Shown piece after piece: positions 1 through 12,900 of a stretch of 64,000 nt of DNA. Source of the stretch: Chlorokybus atmophyticus. Lineage: Eukaryota; Plantae; Mesostigma and Chlorokybus algae. A program made the position numbers and the translations under genes. The stretch spans positions 310,001 through 374,000 of the forward strand of contig RHPI01001037.1 in the NCBI GenBank assembly GCA_009103225.1. Reading direction: 5' to 3'. Below the pieces are notes generated by a model that saw only the letters and a program-made list of their open reading frames with translations, made no database searches and was not told the DNA's origin. The first letter of the stretch is position 1, and each line of letters opens with the position of its first letter.

Positions 1-3000
1 GTCAGCCGGGCCACATTGTGAATTATTATTATTCCTGCTCAAACAACGCGAAAGGCAAGGCCAAGAAAGCTAATTAGGATTACTCCGCAAGTGATGTAAA
101 AGTGGTTGATAGCCAGCTGGAGATGCAAGCAGTAAACTAATTTGGTGCTCTATTAAGTGCATGTTATGATACATGCATGGCAAGCACATGATAAGCTGCC
201 ACTTTTTGCTACTAAAAAAGTGGAAGAATGCTTGTGTGCTGGTTCATGTGAATTTCAACATGCTTATCAATATGTTGCATACTTTAAGTAAATTGCAAAA
301 TAAGCACAAAACCTTGAGGTATTGTGTTAAGCAGGGACAGCATGATTGTCAGCAATTTTAATTAACCCTCGCAATAATTACGGACTTTTGACCACCTTTT
401 AAGGGAGTGGTACCTTTGTTGTAAAGGTTTAATGGCATAGTGCAGCGTGTAAAGTTCGTTAATGATTGTTGTTGGTGCGACACATAACTTTGGTGAGGCA
501 CAATGGGTTGTGCGCAATAAAGTAATGTGTAAACCTTCAGCATTTTAGCTGCCGGTGCTGGGGGTGCATTGCTAGTGAAAGGAGAAATAGAAACAAAGGT
601 AAAGATTGGTGGTTATCATGCCAACGTCACCTTCATAGTGGTGTCCATCAACATGTTCGTGTTTATGTGGTATAGTGACATGAATGGCATAATGGTGTTT
701 AAATGACATAGGATATTGGTGCACAGTTGTGCACAGTGAAAAAGAGCTATAAGCGTGTAATGCTGTCTGCAATAGGGTCACATAGCTTGGAAAATAAGCA
801 AACTAACCCCGCGCTTCTCACTGCACTGCAAGTGAAGCGTGAAAACTCACCAGCTTTTCTGATGCACTTAATGTTATCTGACGACTTCGTGCCAGGTGGT
901 GTTGTAGACATCATTGAGAAATATCAATACATATTCTCAAATGAGTTGCTAGGCTTACCCCCTAGTCGAGGTGTCGGATACAGAATACCATTGGTTCTTG
1001 ATAGTGCACCTCATTTTGGCCAACACATAGGTTAAGCCCCAATGAGAGGGAGGAAATGGAAACATATATACAGCCGTTGTTAAAAAAGGGATTAATGAAA
1101 TAAAGTTCTTCACCCTTTATTAATGCACCTATCTTGTTTGTGATGAAAAAGGAATGGGATATTGCGCATGTCTGCAGATTACCGTGCTTTGAACAAGGTC
1201 ACGTTAAAGAATCAATACCCGTTATCGCAAGTTGGTGATGTGTTTAATAAAATTTCGGGTAGTGCGAAATTTAATACGCTAGCCTTGACTAGTGGGTATT
1301 ATCAAATCCGTATTCACCCCTTTTCATGTTCACAATATGCCAATTAGAATACCCTCTGGTCACTATCAATGCAAAGTATTTCCATTTTTATTGACAAATG
1401 CACCTAAGTGTTGTAGAAGGAAATGTATAAAATGCTTGATGACATGTTTGGAAAGCATGTTATGGTTTATTCGAATAACATAATTGTCTTCGGTAATATA
1501 GAGAAGAGCACAAAAGGCATCTGAAAGCGGTGTTTGCTTTATTGCAAACACACCGCTGATTTGTCAACTTGTTAAAGTGTAACTTTTGCAAGACAGAGTT
1601 GGCATACTCAGGGCATATTGTTTGTGGCAAGGGTGTTAAACCTGACCCTCGCAAAGTGCAAATGGTTACAGAATGGCCTCCACACAAAAATATCCATTAG
1701 GCGCGATCATTGTTTGGGTTGGCAAACAATTTTGCAAGTTTGTGATGGGAAACTCTACGGTTGTGGTGCCTATAACTAAGCTGTTGCAAAAGGATGTCCC
1801 ATTGTTTTGGACAGCAGCACAAGAAGCTGCTATGCAACAAGTGAAGTTGGCCTTAATGTTGGCACCAATACTGGCATTGCCAAGTTGGGATGAACACTTC
1901 GCTGTGGTGAGCGATGCCTCCACCCTTAGATGTGGTGCAGACTTACTGCAAAAGGGCAGACCATGTACTTATGAGAGCAGAAAATTCATTCATCCCAATA
2001 TAAGTGAACCACACTACCATTGAGCAGGAATTGCTTGGTATAATGCATGCTCTATTAGATGTTATAGCTTGTTGAAAGTACATGTATAGGCGGCGCCTAC
2101 ATGTAGTTGGTACGATCAGCTTAACCTTTATAGTTACGAGAGTTACGAGAGTTACGGGAGTTACGGCAGTTATGGTCAACCATGGTCAACTTTGACTTTG
2201 ACCGTTGACTTTAACCATTACCTAGTGTTAACTAGTGTTGACGTTGACCAGAGTTGACTAGAGTTGACTAGTGCTTAGTAGCATAGTATATAAGACACTG
2301 TATACTGCTAAGTATAGTGGGTCGCACATTGTATCCATGGTTGGCGTGCTTGCTGCACTTGTCCTTAATGTGTGCACACTTGTATGTAAGAGGCAAATAC
2401 ACACACACTAGGCGCATCACTAGTTCTCAACACACTAGGCGCATCATTAGTTCTCAACATGCTCTTGTAACATGGCAATGTTACTTATGATTTTGTTTGC
2501 AGTGGAGACTAATCATAACCCATTGGTGTACTTCTAAACACTGGTAAACTTGTCACGTAGGTAAGCTTGCTGGAATGAGTCTCTATCGCGATTTACTTTT
2601 CAATGGGTATAGCGGCCTGGTAGTAGGACCAATGAGGCAAAATCCTTTATGTCGCTGTCCATCATTGTTGGCAATTATTATGCGTGCGCAATTACTTGCA
2701 ACATTGAGTACATTGCCCCCAATGATGAGTTTGTGCAAGTTGTTTTACATGGTTATGCCCTAGACCCATGGTTCTGGACAGAAGAGAGTGCACAAAAGAC
2801 AAGTTGTATTACATGGGCGCTAGCTTGGTGATACTTAACCATGCAGGGCTGCGCATGAAATGCATAGCTAATGTACACGATCCACCGTACGCTGGGCACT
2901 TTGAGAATCGCAAGACCATTAAGGCAGCGTTACAGATGTAATGGTGGCCATTGTTGCCTAATAACGTAAAGCATTATGTTGACACGTGTGACAAATTTAA

Positions 3001-3686
3001 ACTTGATAAGCCGTCTCGCTGGATTGCTAAGACCTTTGCTTGATTCTCATTGTAAATGGGAAAGTGTGAGTATAGACCTTCATATTGAGCTCACGGAGAC
3101 AACATTATGTCATAATATGGTTGCAGTTTCTGTAGACCATTCGATAACATTGGTTCACATTGTCCCTTCTTGCACGAAAATAGGCTCCCAATAATTGGCA
3201 GTTTTATTATGTTTGTGTTCAAGTTGCATGGCTTGCTTTGCAACTTGGTGTCTCATCGCGACCCGCGATATGTAGCCCAGTCTTGGAAGTCGCTATGCAG
3301 CTTCTGAAACATTGAGCAGAACATGAGCACATCTTATCATTCGCAGACGAATGGTCTGACAGAGCGAGCCAACGAAGTGAGTGAAAAAACCATCCAATCA
3401 TGTGAGTCCCAGTTAGTGATCAGAAAATCTATCTCGCAATGGCTGAGTTTGCAAAGAATAATGCCTGGCAAGAGAGTGTGCAGGAAACTCTGTCTTCCTT
3501 GAATAACGGTGTGAATCCATTAAAACCCGCGACCATAAAAGTGCCCGCTATCAACGTAACTCGCATGCCTGCAGCGCGCAAGGTGGCTTTGGCCATGTAG
3601 GACAGGCTAGCATTGGCAAAGGATTGTCTGCGCGCAGCGCAAGACAAACAAAAAGCCCATGTTGATGCATGTCATACAGAGGCCTA
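1..3686 (+). mobile_element. Decayed Ty3/Gypsy LTR retrotransposon internal region (protease, RT, RNase H, integrase remnants)
   Basis: Frameshifted and stop-interrupted motifs in Gypsy order. Protease-like IVVGATHNF (~470-500); RT DYRALNKVTLKNQYPL and LTSGYYQIRI (1162-1347); RNase H LAPILALP..VSDAS..YESRK and EQELLGIMHAL|VTWQCYL (split by a solo LTR); integrase HDPPYAGH..WW..CDK, WESVSID, SYHSQTNGLTERAN (~2860-3400). Confidence 0.92.
2060..2459 (+). mobile_element. Solo LTR of the Copia family found at 17080-19386, inserted in the Gypsy RNase H
   Basis: Starts TGTTATAG and ends TTCTCAACA. Clearly similar to the reverse complement of both LTRs at 17080-17450 and 19005-19386. The last 27 bp are duplicated in tandem. 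Gypsy coding resumes after it (tgctct is repeated on both sides). Confidence 0.88.
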
Positions 3687-3839
3687 TGTTGAAGGTTAAG
3701 CATATGAGGTTTGCTAGTATAGTATGCTTATAGTACATGTTGAAGGTTAAGCATATGAGGTTTGCTAGTATAGTATGCTTATAGTACATGTTGAAGGTTA
3801 AGCATATGAGGTTTGCTAGTATAGTATGCTAATAGTACA
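3687..3839. repeat. 51-bp tandem repeat x3
   Basis: tgttgaaggttaagcatatgaggtttgctagtatagtatgcttatagtaca at 3687, 3738 and 3789; one mismatch in the third copy. Confidence 0.97.
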
Positions 3840-4063
3840 GTCAGCTTGGTGATGTTACTTGGACCATGTGCGGCGGTTACGCAATGGGAGTTACAATCAA
3901 CAGGAGTTACGGGAGTTATGAGAGTTACGGTCAACTTTGACCATTGACTAGGGTTGACTTTGACTAGGGTTGACCAGTCTTTTTTAGTGTTGACTAGCTT
4001 AATCTATAAGTCACTATATATAGCACATACAGGTGGAATTGCAATCACTAACATTATAAAACA
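3687..4063 (+). mobile_element. Solo LTR of a sister Copia-like family
   Basis: TGTT...AACA termini, flanked by gccta/gcgta (4 of 5 match, a likely aged 5-bp TSD). Carries the same GAGTTAC and GTTGAC motif arrays as the 2060-2459 LTR. Confidence 0.65.
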
Positions 4064-7000
4064 GCGTATGGTCTGTCTATATGTTCGTGGCGGTCCACGT
4101 GTGTACATGGCGGCCGAAATTTATGAATGTCGGCCATATTGCCTGGTGGCACTGCCGAAACTGTGCAGCAAGTTGGCCAGTACATTAATCAAATAGATTG
4201 CATTGGGGGACACCACCGTCGCGGTGGGGGGCCCCAAAGCATTGCAAAAGAAATGGCGACCTTATGCGCCTTGATAGTTGCATAAGGTCGCCGACCGTCC
4301 AATCAAGCTAACAAGTGGTTTGGTCGATTGGACGGCCAGTGGCTGCGCACAATTTGCAATATATGATGCGGCAATGAATATGCCGCTGCACCGCCAATGT
4401 CACATCACGCAGCAGGCAGCAGTTGCGGCAGTTGCAAGCTGGCGGTAGCTGCGGCGGCGATGGTGGCGGCAAGTATGGAAAAAGCGGCAATAGCACTCAG
4501 TCACCCTGCGCCCGCCCTCACCTTCTCTTGGTAAGCGCTCAGCTTGCATGCTTTACTTTAAGTTCGCCCCCAAAGCACTCACTACAAGCACTCACTCAAG
4601 CACTCACTACCTCATACACAGGCGCTGCCAGCAGCAAGGCCACACAGGCGGCAGCACTCAGCTATCTCTTGCGCCCCCACCTTCTCTTGGTAAGCTCGCT
4701 CAGCTTGCATGCTTTACAAGCCCGCCCCCCCATTTGTTCAAGCCCGTACTACCTCACACACAGGTGGCAACCACTACCAACAGCAAGGCCACAGCTGCGG
4801 CAGCACTCAGCCATTCCCTGCGCCCGCCCCCACCTTCTTTTGGTGAGTGAGAGCTTGCTCAGCTTGCATGTTTGTCTGCACTCACCCCACTACCTGCCCG
4901 TTCACCCGACCATGTGTGTGCAGTGGACATACCCCCCCCCCCCCCTTTCTCAGTCGGACGTTGCACTTGCTGGCCACCTCAACGCTCTGCACTCTCCCTT
5001 CCTTTGGCCACATTGTATGTAGGAAGTAGCATGTTGTGATGTTATTGTGTTGTGTTGTGGAAAAGCCGTATGTATGTATATGGTGGAAGGTGATAGTTGT
5101 ATGCATGTTAAGTTGCTGCGCATTGTATGCTTGAGATTGGTTTATCATATCAGCAATTTTGGTCTGACCTAGCTGTTGGCATAGTTGGTGGAAGGTGATA
5201 GTTGTATGAATGTGCTTTTTGTTCATTATATGCTCGGGAGTAGCTTTGCATATCCGGAAATGATGTCTCACCAAGTATTATGTGCAGTGCCAATGAGAGA
5301 GCCAGTGTCAGTGCATGCCGAGCCAAGCAAGACAATTGACAGTGACAGTGACTCAGACATTGATCTTGAGAAGGTAGTCTGCATATGTACAATGTATGCG
5401 CGTACACATTTTTTTGCAGCAAATGAACAATGTTCTTGGTGTGCAGTATTCAAAGAAAGATTTGCAAGATTTGAGAAGATCGGGCTTGCTGAAACAACGA
5501 CAAGAGGAGAAGGCCGCGGCTTTGGCTTTGCGTTTACATCGACAGTGTGTGGAGTTGCCTTAACTATTTGCTCAGTGTCCTCCTTCTCAAACACCTGCAC
5601 CGGTGGGTCCGTCCCGCGACGATCTGTTTCGAGCAGTGAAATGCTTGAATGTGGTGTGCAAAAAGTTGAGGCATGATAATGGGAGGTTGGAAGGGTTGTT
5701 GGAAGCTTCAGTCAGCTGTGAGCATAAGTACTTGCAAACCATACAAGAACAAGAGTCTGTTTCTCATCAACGCATGCTGGCTTTACATGATCGGAGTGAG
5801 AAATTGGCATTAGAAGTTCAAGGACTTGATGTAGCACTTGCCAAAGCTTCAGCAGAACGTGACAAGCATCGTGTTGAAGCAGGGTTGTATAATAAGTGGC
5901 TTGATGATACACGCTTAGAAAAAGAGTATGTATCGTAAACGCAAGAAATAGTTGGATGATAGTGCGATAGAAGAAAAGAAGAATGCAGAGCTTGCCGAAG
6001 GTGCAAAGCGTGCATTCTTTTGTATACATCATAATATGTTTAGAGTTTGTCAGTACGGTAGCGAGTGTAAAGGAGTACATATAGATTGAGTAATGAGTCG
6101 CAGCAACAATGTAACCACCCACCATCAAGAGGATTGCAGTTGCAAGAGCAACGTGCTGAGCGAGAAGTTGACAATTATGTAACGGATACACGCACCTCGC
6201 AATACCTCAACACTGTTTTTAGCACACCCGGTGTGGTTCAAGAAGGATAACAGCCACAACCTGTGCAGCATGTTGCTGTGCACGCTGATAAAGCATTTTA
6301 CAACAAGCAACCACGTTATGTTGATGCACCATCACAGCCGCATGCATTGCTCGCTGATATGGCGACATTGAGCGCATGTGTTACTCAGGCTGTACAGCAA
6401 ATGGAGACAAACAAAAAGATAAGGCGGCGGGCTTTTTTTATTGAACACTTGGCCACAATGCTCAACCCGTTACAGCGTGAGGCATGTTGCTACATGCGCA
6501 CGTGCGGATATACGGTACAAGATGCGTACGATGCAGTAAAGAATATGCCGGATCCCACACAACATGACGGGTTGCCGCATTCGAGCCTGCAACAAGAACG
6601 AAATGAAGTGCCCACCTTGCAACCGGATCTCGAGCGAGATAGGCAGCACGAGCACCAACCTGACAATATTGATGAGGCGGGGGGGGTGCTGCCCAAGAAG
6701 TGCACACGGATGCGATATCACATGCGCATACTTTATGGTCGATTCGTGATGCAAAATTGCAAGCACAACTACAGCAACAGGCATCCCACCTGCGGTGGGC
6801 AGAAGCAGCACGTTAATAGTGGCATAGGCGAACAGGACAACAAAAGCAACGCGTAGTGGTCGGTCGTCAAGCATCGCAACGCCAACTGTTGCTGGATAAA
6901 AAAATGATGCACAATGCGGAGGCCGAACGCACCACGAGACTCCGTGCGCAACACATGCCAAACACGCAACAGCGACAGCGCGAGGCGGATGCCAAACACA

Positions 7001-8399
7001 TGGCCACGCGACGTGCTGAAGAGACTCCAGGGACACGGCATGAATGACTACAGTCGATGGCACATCACACCTCTCAGCAATGCGCAGACGAAACCCCAAT
7101 AACGCATCAGCAACGCTTGGATTCTGCGGCTGCGCATGCCGCCGTTCGCAAACAGCAAACTCCAAATACGAGAGCTGCAGTAAGAGAAGCAGATGCAATT
7201 GTCCGACAAACATTGCATTTTAATCCGGTTGTGACGCGTAATTTAGCACGCCGAGCTACGTTCACGGAAGCGGACCTGCCGCCCAATGAATGCAGCAACT
7301 TGGGCGAGCGCATGACATGCGCAGAGTGTCATGCAATTGTTTGAAAAAGCGAACAGGTGAAGCAGGGCGGCGGCTTTTCAATATGTTGCCAAAAGGGGAA
7401 AGTGGATTCGCTGTCGCATTTTCCTCCTGAACCACGTTTTTCAGACCCATTGCACAACCTATTTGTGGGTCAATACCCTGTCGCCAAAGCCTTTTGAGCG
7501 AACTCGCGGAAATACGATAGCAACCTATCTATGGCAAGCCTGCATCACAAGGTAACTAAGTCTGTGTATGCGACGCTATTTGCTAAACAGTGCTTTATGC
7601 ATTTTACACACAAATATGTTTTTGCCATAGGAAACACGCCCTGCTGGCGAGGGCGGTGTATCGGCCTTCACTGTTGGGGGGGCTTTATATTATTGCATGG
7701 GCCCGCTACGAGCAGACGCGGATCAATCACCCGCTTTTGCACAGCTGTACATACTCGATCCCGATGATGCCGTCAACCGGCGCAGCTCGCGTCTGGGTTC
7801 AGCATGCTCCCGCGATGTATTGGACAGACTGCATCGCATGTTGCGGGAGGAAAATACTTACGTCTTTGAGTTCATTCAGCTCATGGACATACCTGAAGGA
7901 GATGTCGCCGATTATCGGCTAATTATCCGAAGATATGATGTACCTGACAAGCGGCCTTACAATGCATCGACCGCAAATGAAGGGTTGGCAATGTTCATGC
8001 CGGACAACCCTGACGAGCAGCATAACCGACACGAGATCAACATTTGACAACGGGTAACGCAATTATGAACAACGTAATAATGATCCATTATGATGACGTA
8101 ATCGCAGTGTGCATTTTGATCATAAAGTAATGCATCTGTGATGCAGGGGGGAGCGATAGAGCGTATCAGCAACCTCAACGGCGCGTATGATCCACTGCAC
8201 TTCGTGCTATGTTACCCGTTTGGGGGAACGGGATGGCATGACGATATCCCTTTGCGCGGTGGTGTTCGTCGCGAAGGCCGTCAACGGCGCACTGCACGCG
8301 AGGAGTTTGAAAACAATTTCGATGAAGAGGAGCTCAGCAGGGGAGCGAAGCGCAACTTTGTTACCGCTCGCGAATACGCAGCTTTCATAATGATGGTAC

Positions 8400-8436
<37 letters not shown>

Positions 8437-9919
8437 TCTCATTTAATCGCTTAAGACTCATTTGCCAATTTGCATAAAGTATGTGTTTCTTAGGCATTAC
8501 CTTTTCGTTGTGCACTTATCGTTGTGCTTAATATGGCAGGATCGCGATGTCAGCGTGTGGAGTGGGCAATTCACGCGAGGGCGTCGATTATATGAAGAGT
8601 ATACTGTCTCTGCTTATGCGAAAGTAGAGGCGCAACGTTTCGCATGGGTTCGAACCCATCAGAAGCAACTGCGCGCTGATCTATACAAAGGTACGTTATT
8701 GAGGGATAAGCTATAACAAGTAATCGACGACACAACTACTCATGAGCGTTACATATAAGCCATAAATGTACTGTCAGGTGTGCGTGATGCGGTAGCCGCA
8801 CACAACGGTTTACAAGGACAAGATATGGGACGCCGGATTGTGTTACCATCAACATCTATTGGTACATCGCGACACATGACACAGTTGTATCAGGATACCA
8901 TAGCAATCGTAAGAAAGCTTGGAGTGCCAGATCTGTTCAGCACTTTTGCATGCAACCCGAAGTGGACGGAGATACAAGAAGCATTGTTAGAAGGGCAAAC
9001 GGCCAACGATCGACCTGATATTGTGGCACGCGTGTTTTATATGAAGCTGGCAAAAATGCAAGATGACCTGGTGATACATTCGCGTCTGGGCAAGGTCGCT
9101 GGTATCATCTATACTATTGAGTGGCAAAAAAGGTGAGTGGGTTGAACAGTAAATTGATTATAAAGTGAACACTAGCGTATATATAATGAATAACGTAATA
9201 CTTACTATATGGTCACGTGCAGGGGGTTGCCGCATGCACACATTCTCATCGTGTTGGCCGCAAGAGACAAACTCAAAACAACGGATGATTACGACAACAT
9301 CGTGTGCGCAGAGCTGCCCGACGCAAAAGATGAGCCAGAGCTGTATAACATCGTCACCAACTTAATGGTGCATGGCCCTTGCGGCATGCGAAATCCAAAA
9401 AGCCCCTGCATGGATCCAGAGAAGAAAATATGCACGAAGAAGTACCCAAAGCAGTTTCAAGCCATTACGACAGACAGCACTGAATCATACCCTGTGTACC
9501 GGCGACGCGAATACGGCCGCACCTTCGTTAAGGGAGTGGGCGGTAACGAAGTAGTGCTGACGAACATCGATATAGTACCGTACAACAAGTTCCTGACGCT
9601 CAAGTATAACGCCCACATCAATGTCGAGATCTGTTCTTCTGTGTCCTCCGTCAAGTACCTGTATAAGTACGTATATAAGGGACATGATCGCACTATGGTG
9701 GATGTTGTACCCGCCCCGGACGCTGACAGAGAGGTGCAGCCACTCATTGACGAGATCAAGCGACATCTGGACGGCCGTTATGTGTCTTCAAGCGCGGCTT
9801 GCTGGCGCATATGCTGCTTTTAGATCCATCGTGAGCTTCCAAATGTTGAGCGGCTGGCCGTGCACTTGCCAGTTCAGCAGACTGTGTATTACGACGAGGA
9901 CACGCCACTCGCGGACGTG

Positions 9920-12900
9920 TGTCATGCGCATGCGTGTCGGTGGCGCAACGCATCGATTATGAGGGCTTTTGAGGTCATATTTCATGAGATAGAGCTGAGT
10001 TACGGCCATTACATCGAGGTGTAACTCAATTACGCTGGTATGACTCACATGTGACTAAAAATCGCTGGTTATGACTGATTTGGGAGTTGTATGGTAGTTG
10101 TGGCAGCTAAAGTGGTTAAAACGGTTGTGGAGGCATGGTAGGAGGGTATGTAAGTGTTCTTGACTTGTGTTGCAGCTAGTTGAGCGCAAGTCCTTTGTTC
10201 TATTGGAAGCATACAGCTACTTGGAGAGGCTTCAAGACTTGGTCGTTGCCTTGCTTGTGTGCTTGCCTTGAGTGTGCACGTGCATGGATATGCTTGTGTG
10301 AAGTGTATGAGCGTGTGCCACACCTTGCGAACGGACTTAGCCTCATCTCCCCGTGCATCACATGCCAGTTGCAAGTATAGAAGCCGTGCTTGAGTCTAGG
10401 TTGGCTAAGACACGCGCTTGTTACTTGCGCTCAACTCATTGGCATAAAGGTGTGCGGGTGTTTGTAGTTGTGGTGGACGTGGAATGCCCGTGGAAACAAG
10501 GTCAGGAGCTGGTTTGAAGGAGCTTGAAGTCCCCTTGAAGGAGACAGAAGAGTTGCCCGAGAAGGAGGTGCCTACTTCCCCGAGTGAAGGAGACTACGAG
10601 GACGAGCCAGCCGGTGACAAGGAAGACCACGAGGAGGTTGAAGAGGTTGAAGAGGAGGAGCCAGATCTAATGGACACCTTGTTGAAGATGGAGATGGAGG
10701 GTGCGCGCACGCGTTTCAGCGGTCGGCCCAACACATTGGAGGTACAAGACTTCAAGGATAGGTTTGAGTGTCGCATGATCAGCTGGTCGGCACGTGATAG
10801 GTCATGGAATGAGCACAAAGCATTTAAGATGATGCCCGAATTCTTGGAGGATGAAGCTTTGGGCACGTGGAGGGAGTTCAAGAGGAAGTTGGAGGCACGA
10901 GAAGAGGTGTGTAGAGCTGAACATGGAGCTGAGTTTGAGAAGGAGTGGGCGAAGGTGCAGCCCATGAAGGAGTTCATGATGGTGTTGACGTCGACGTATC
11001 CACAAACGACGCCGGCAAAGATGATGGAGCTGATGTATTTCAAGCGCAAGGATGGTGAGACCCCACGCATGATGTACACGAGGATGGTGAAGTTGTTGGA
11101 GGACACGGAGCATGAGGTTGTGGCTAACAAGATAACCGCGGTGCTGTACTTGCGTGCATTGGAGGATGGCTTGAGGGAGGCGGTGCAGACCGTGTTGCGA
11201 GGAGCGCATCAAGGCGCAAGCTACACGCTTCGTGATGTCTTCATTGCAGCCGAGAATGCTCAATGGCAGCAAGAGTATGAGAAGAGCATTGGTTCGATGG
11301 CAGAGGGCATGGCGACGCAGCTGTCGGGAGCTACCAAGCGCACCGATGCTGGTCGGCGCGATGGAGGGCAAGCTACAGTCATTAAGTCAGCTCCGGTGAG
11401 GAGTGTGATGGCTGCAAACGGTGTTCCTATGGATGCACGGCATGAGGAGCAGCAAACGGGAGTGTGTTGGAGGTGTGGAGAGGTCGGACACATCGCAAAG
11501 TATTGTCCGAAGAGGCAAGGCCTCGTGTGTTCATACTGTGGGAAGATGGGCCATGATGACAATGCGTGTTGGAGCAAGCATCCGCACTTGCGCGCGGAGG
11601 TGCTGAGCGGTAAGACGGTGACCAAGCAAGCACATTCAGCTCAGGCGGGAAGCTCACAAAGCCATGCGGAGCTGGCGCGTGCAAGCGAGGTGTCCGCGCT
11701 CGTTGCCGAAGTGGCCGAGTTGAAGGCAGCGCTAGCGGGGCTGCGCACGCAGCCGGAACGCAAGCAAAAGGGTGTCCGACAGGAGAAGGATGATGATGAT
11801 GGAGGTGCATACGCGTACTTGGCGCATAGCGCGGCGTGGTGCAGCCCGATGACGGCTACGGCAGCTACGGGGACTGCGCGCGCTGCACCAGCACCTACGG
11901 CGGCGGTATCGCCCTACATGCGAGGCAAGGGGGTCCGCGTTGCAACCTCAGAGGTTTGTAAAGCTGCTGGGGGTCATGAGGAACTGTTTGCACCAGCTAG
12001 TGCGCGATCACGCGCGGTATCGGCACCGTTGACGGCGACGGCGGGAGGCTATGCGCCTGCGCCGGCCATGGAGGTGTCAGCGACGTCGGCGTTGTCAATG
12101 CCTTTGGTGAGGAGGGTCATGAGTGTGGAGCAGCATGATGGTATGTGTATTGAAGTGAAGAACGATGTGGATGAGGGCAAGATGCAGTCCATGAAGGGTT
12201 TGGCATGTTTGTTAGAGACGGCAAGTGCGCAAGTCAGCCCGGCATGTGCGCGCGTCATGAAGGTGCCAACGGCGGCGCGTGCGGATGCAAGTGCAGTCCA
12301 TGAGCTGGCGGGAACCCTTCTCCATCAGCCCATGTTGACACTGAAGGATGTCGGATGTACTTTGGAGCGTTTGGAGTGCGTGTTGGGGCCGATGTTGAAG
12401 CCCGCGACAGCCGACGCAGCTACGCAAGTCACTTTGGATTGCGAGGCAGATGTGACGAGTGAGGAGGAGTTTAGGGCAGTCGTCTATGCAGAAAAGAAGC
12501 TTCATGAAGTCATGGAGGGTGAGCAGGAGCTGGAGGTGGATGTGCCTATCGTGGAGTTAGCAAACGGCATGCACACGGAGGTGATGGAAGAGCCGGTGCA
12601 GCTGGACTCCAAGTCGGACTTGTCGGCGGCGTTGTCGAGACCGGCGGAGAGGCTTGATGTTATGGCGACGGTGGCAACGGTGGACAACAAGCATGGTCAT
12701 GTGCAGCTGAACGGGTACACACCGGAGCGCGTGCTCGTGGATACATGTGCGGAGCCAGTGATACCTGGAGCGAGAGCGGCGGCGCGCATGGGATTGCAGC
12801 CGAAGGATTGGGGGCCATGTCTGTGGCATCTCAAGACTGCTGGAGGAGGGATGGAGGCCGTCTTCGCGGTTACATTAGAGCCCGTGCAGATCCAATTGAC

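Noticed and set aside
3687-3839. CRISPR-like array
   Set aside because: Contiguous 51-bp tandem units with no unique spacers, in a eukaryotic LTR context, and no cas genes.
8403-8432. (TA)n run as a TE target site
   Set aside because: It lies within a RepHel intron with no insertion boundary; an ordinary microsatellite.
8640-8660. GGTTCGA T-loop-like sequences (also ~11290, 14130, 56258) as tRNA genes
   Set aside because: All lie in coding regions with no cloverleaf or A-box; the 16-bp palindrome here encodes WVRTH in RepHel.
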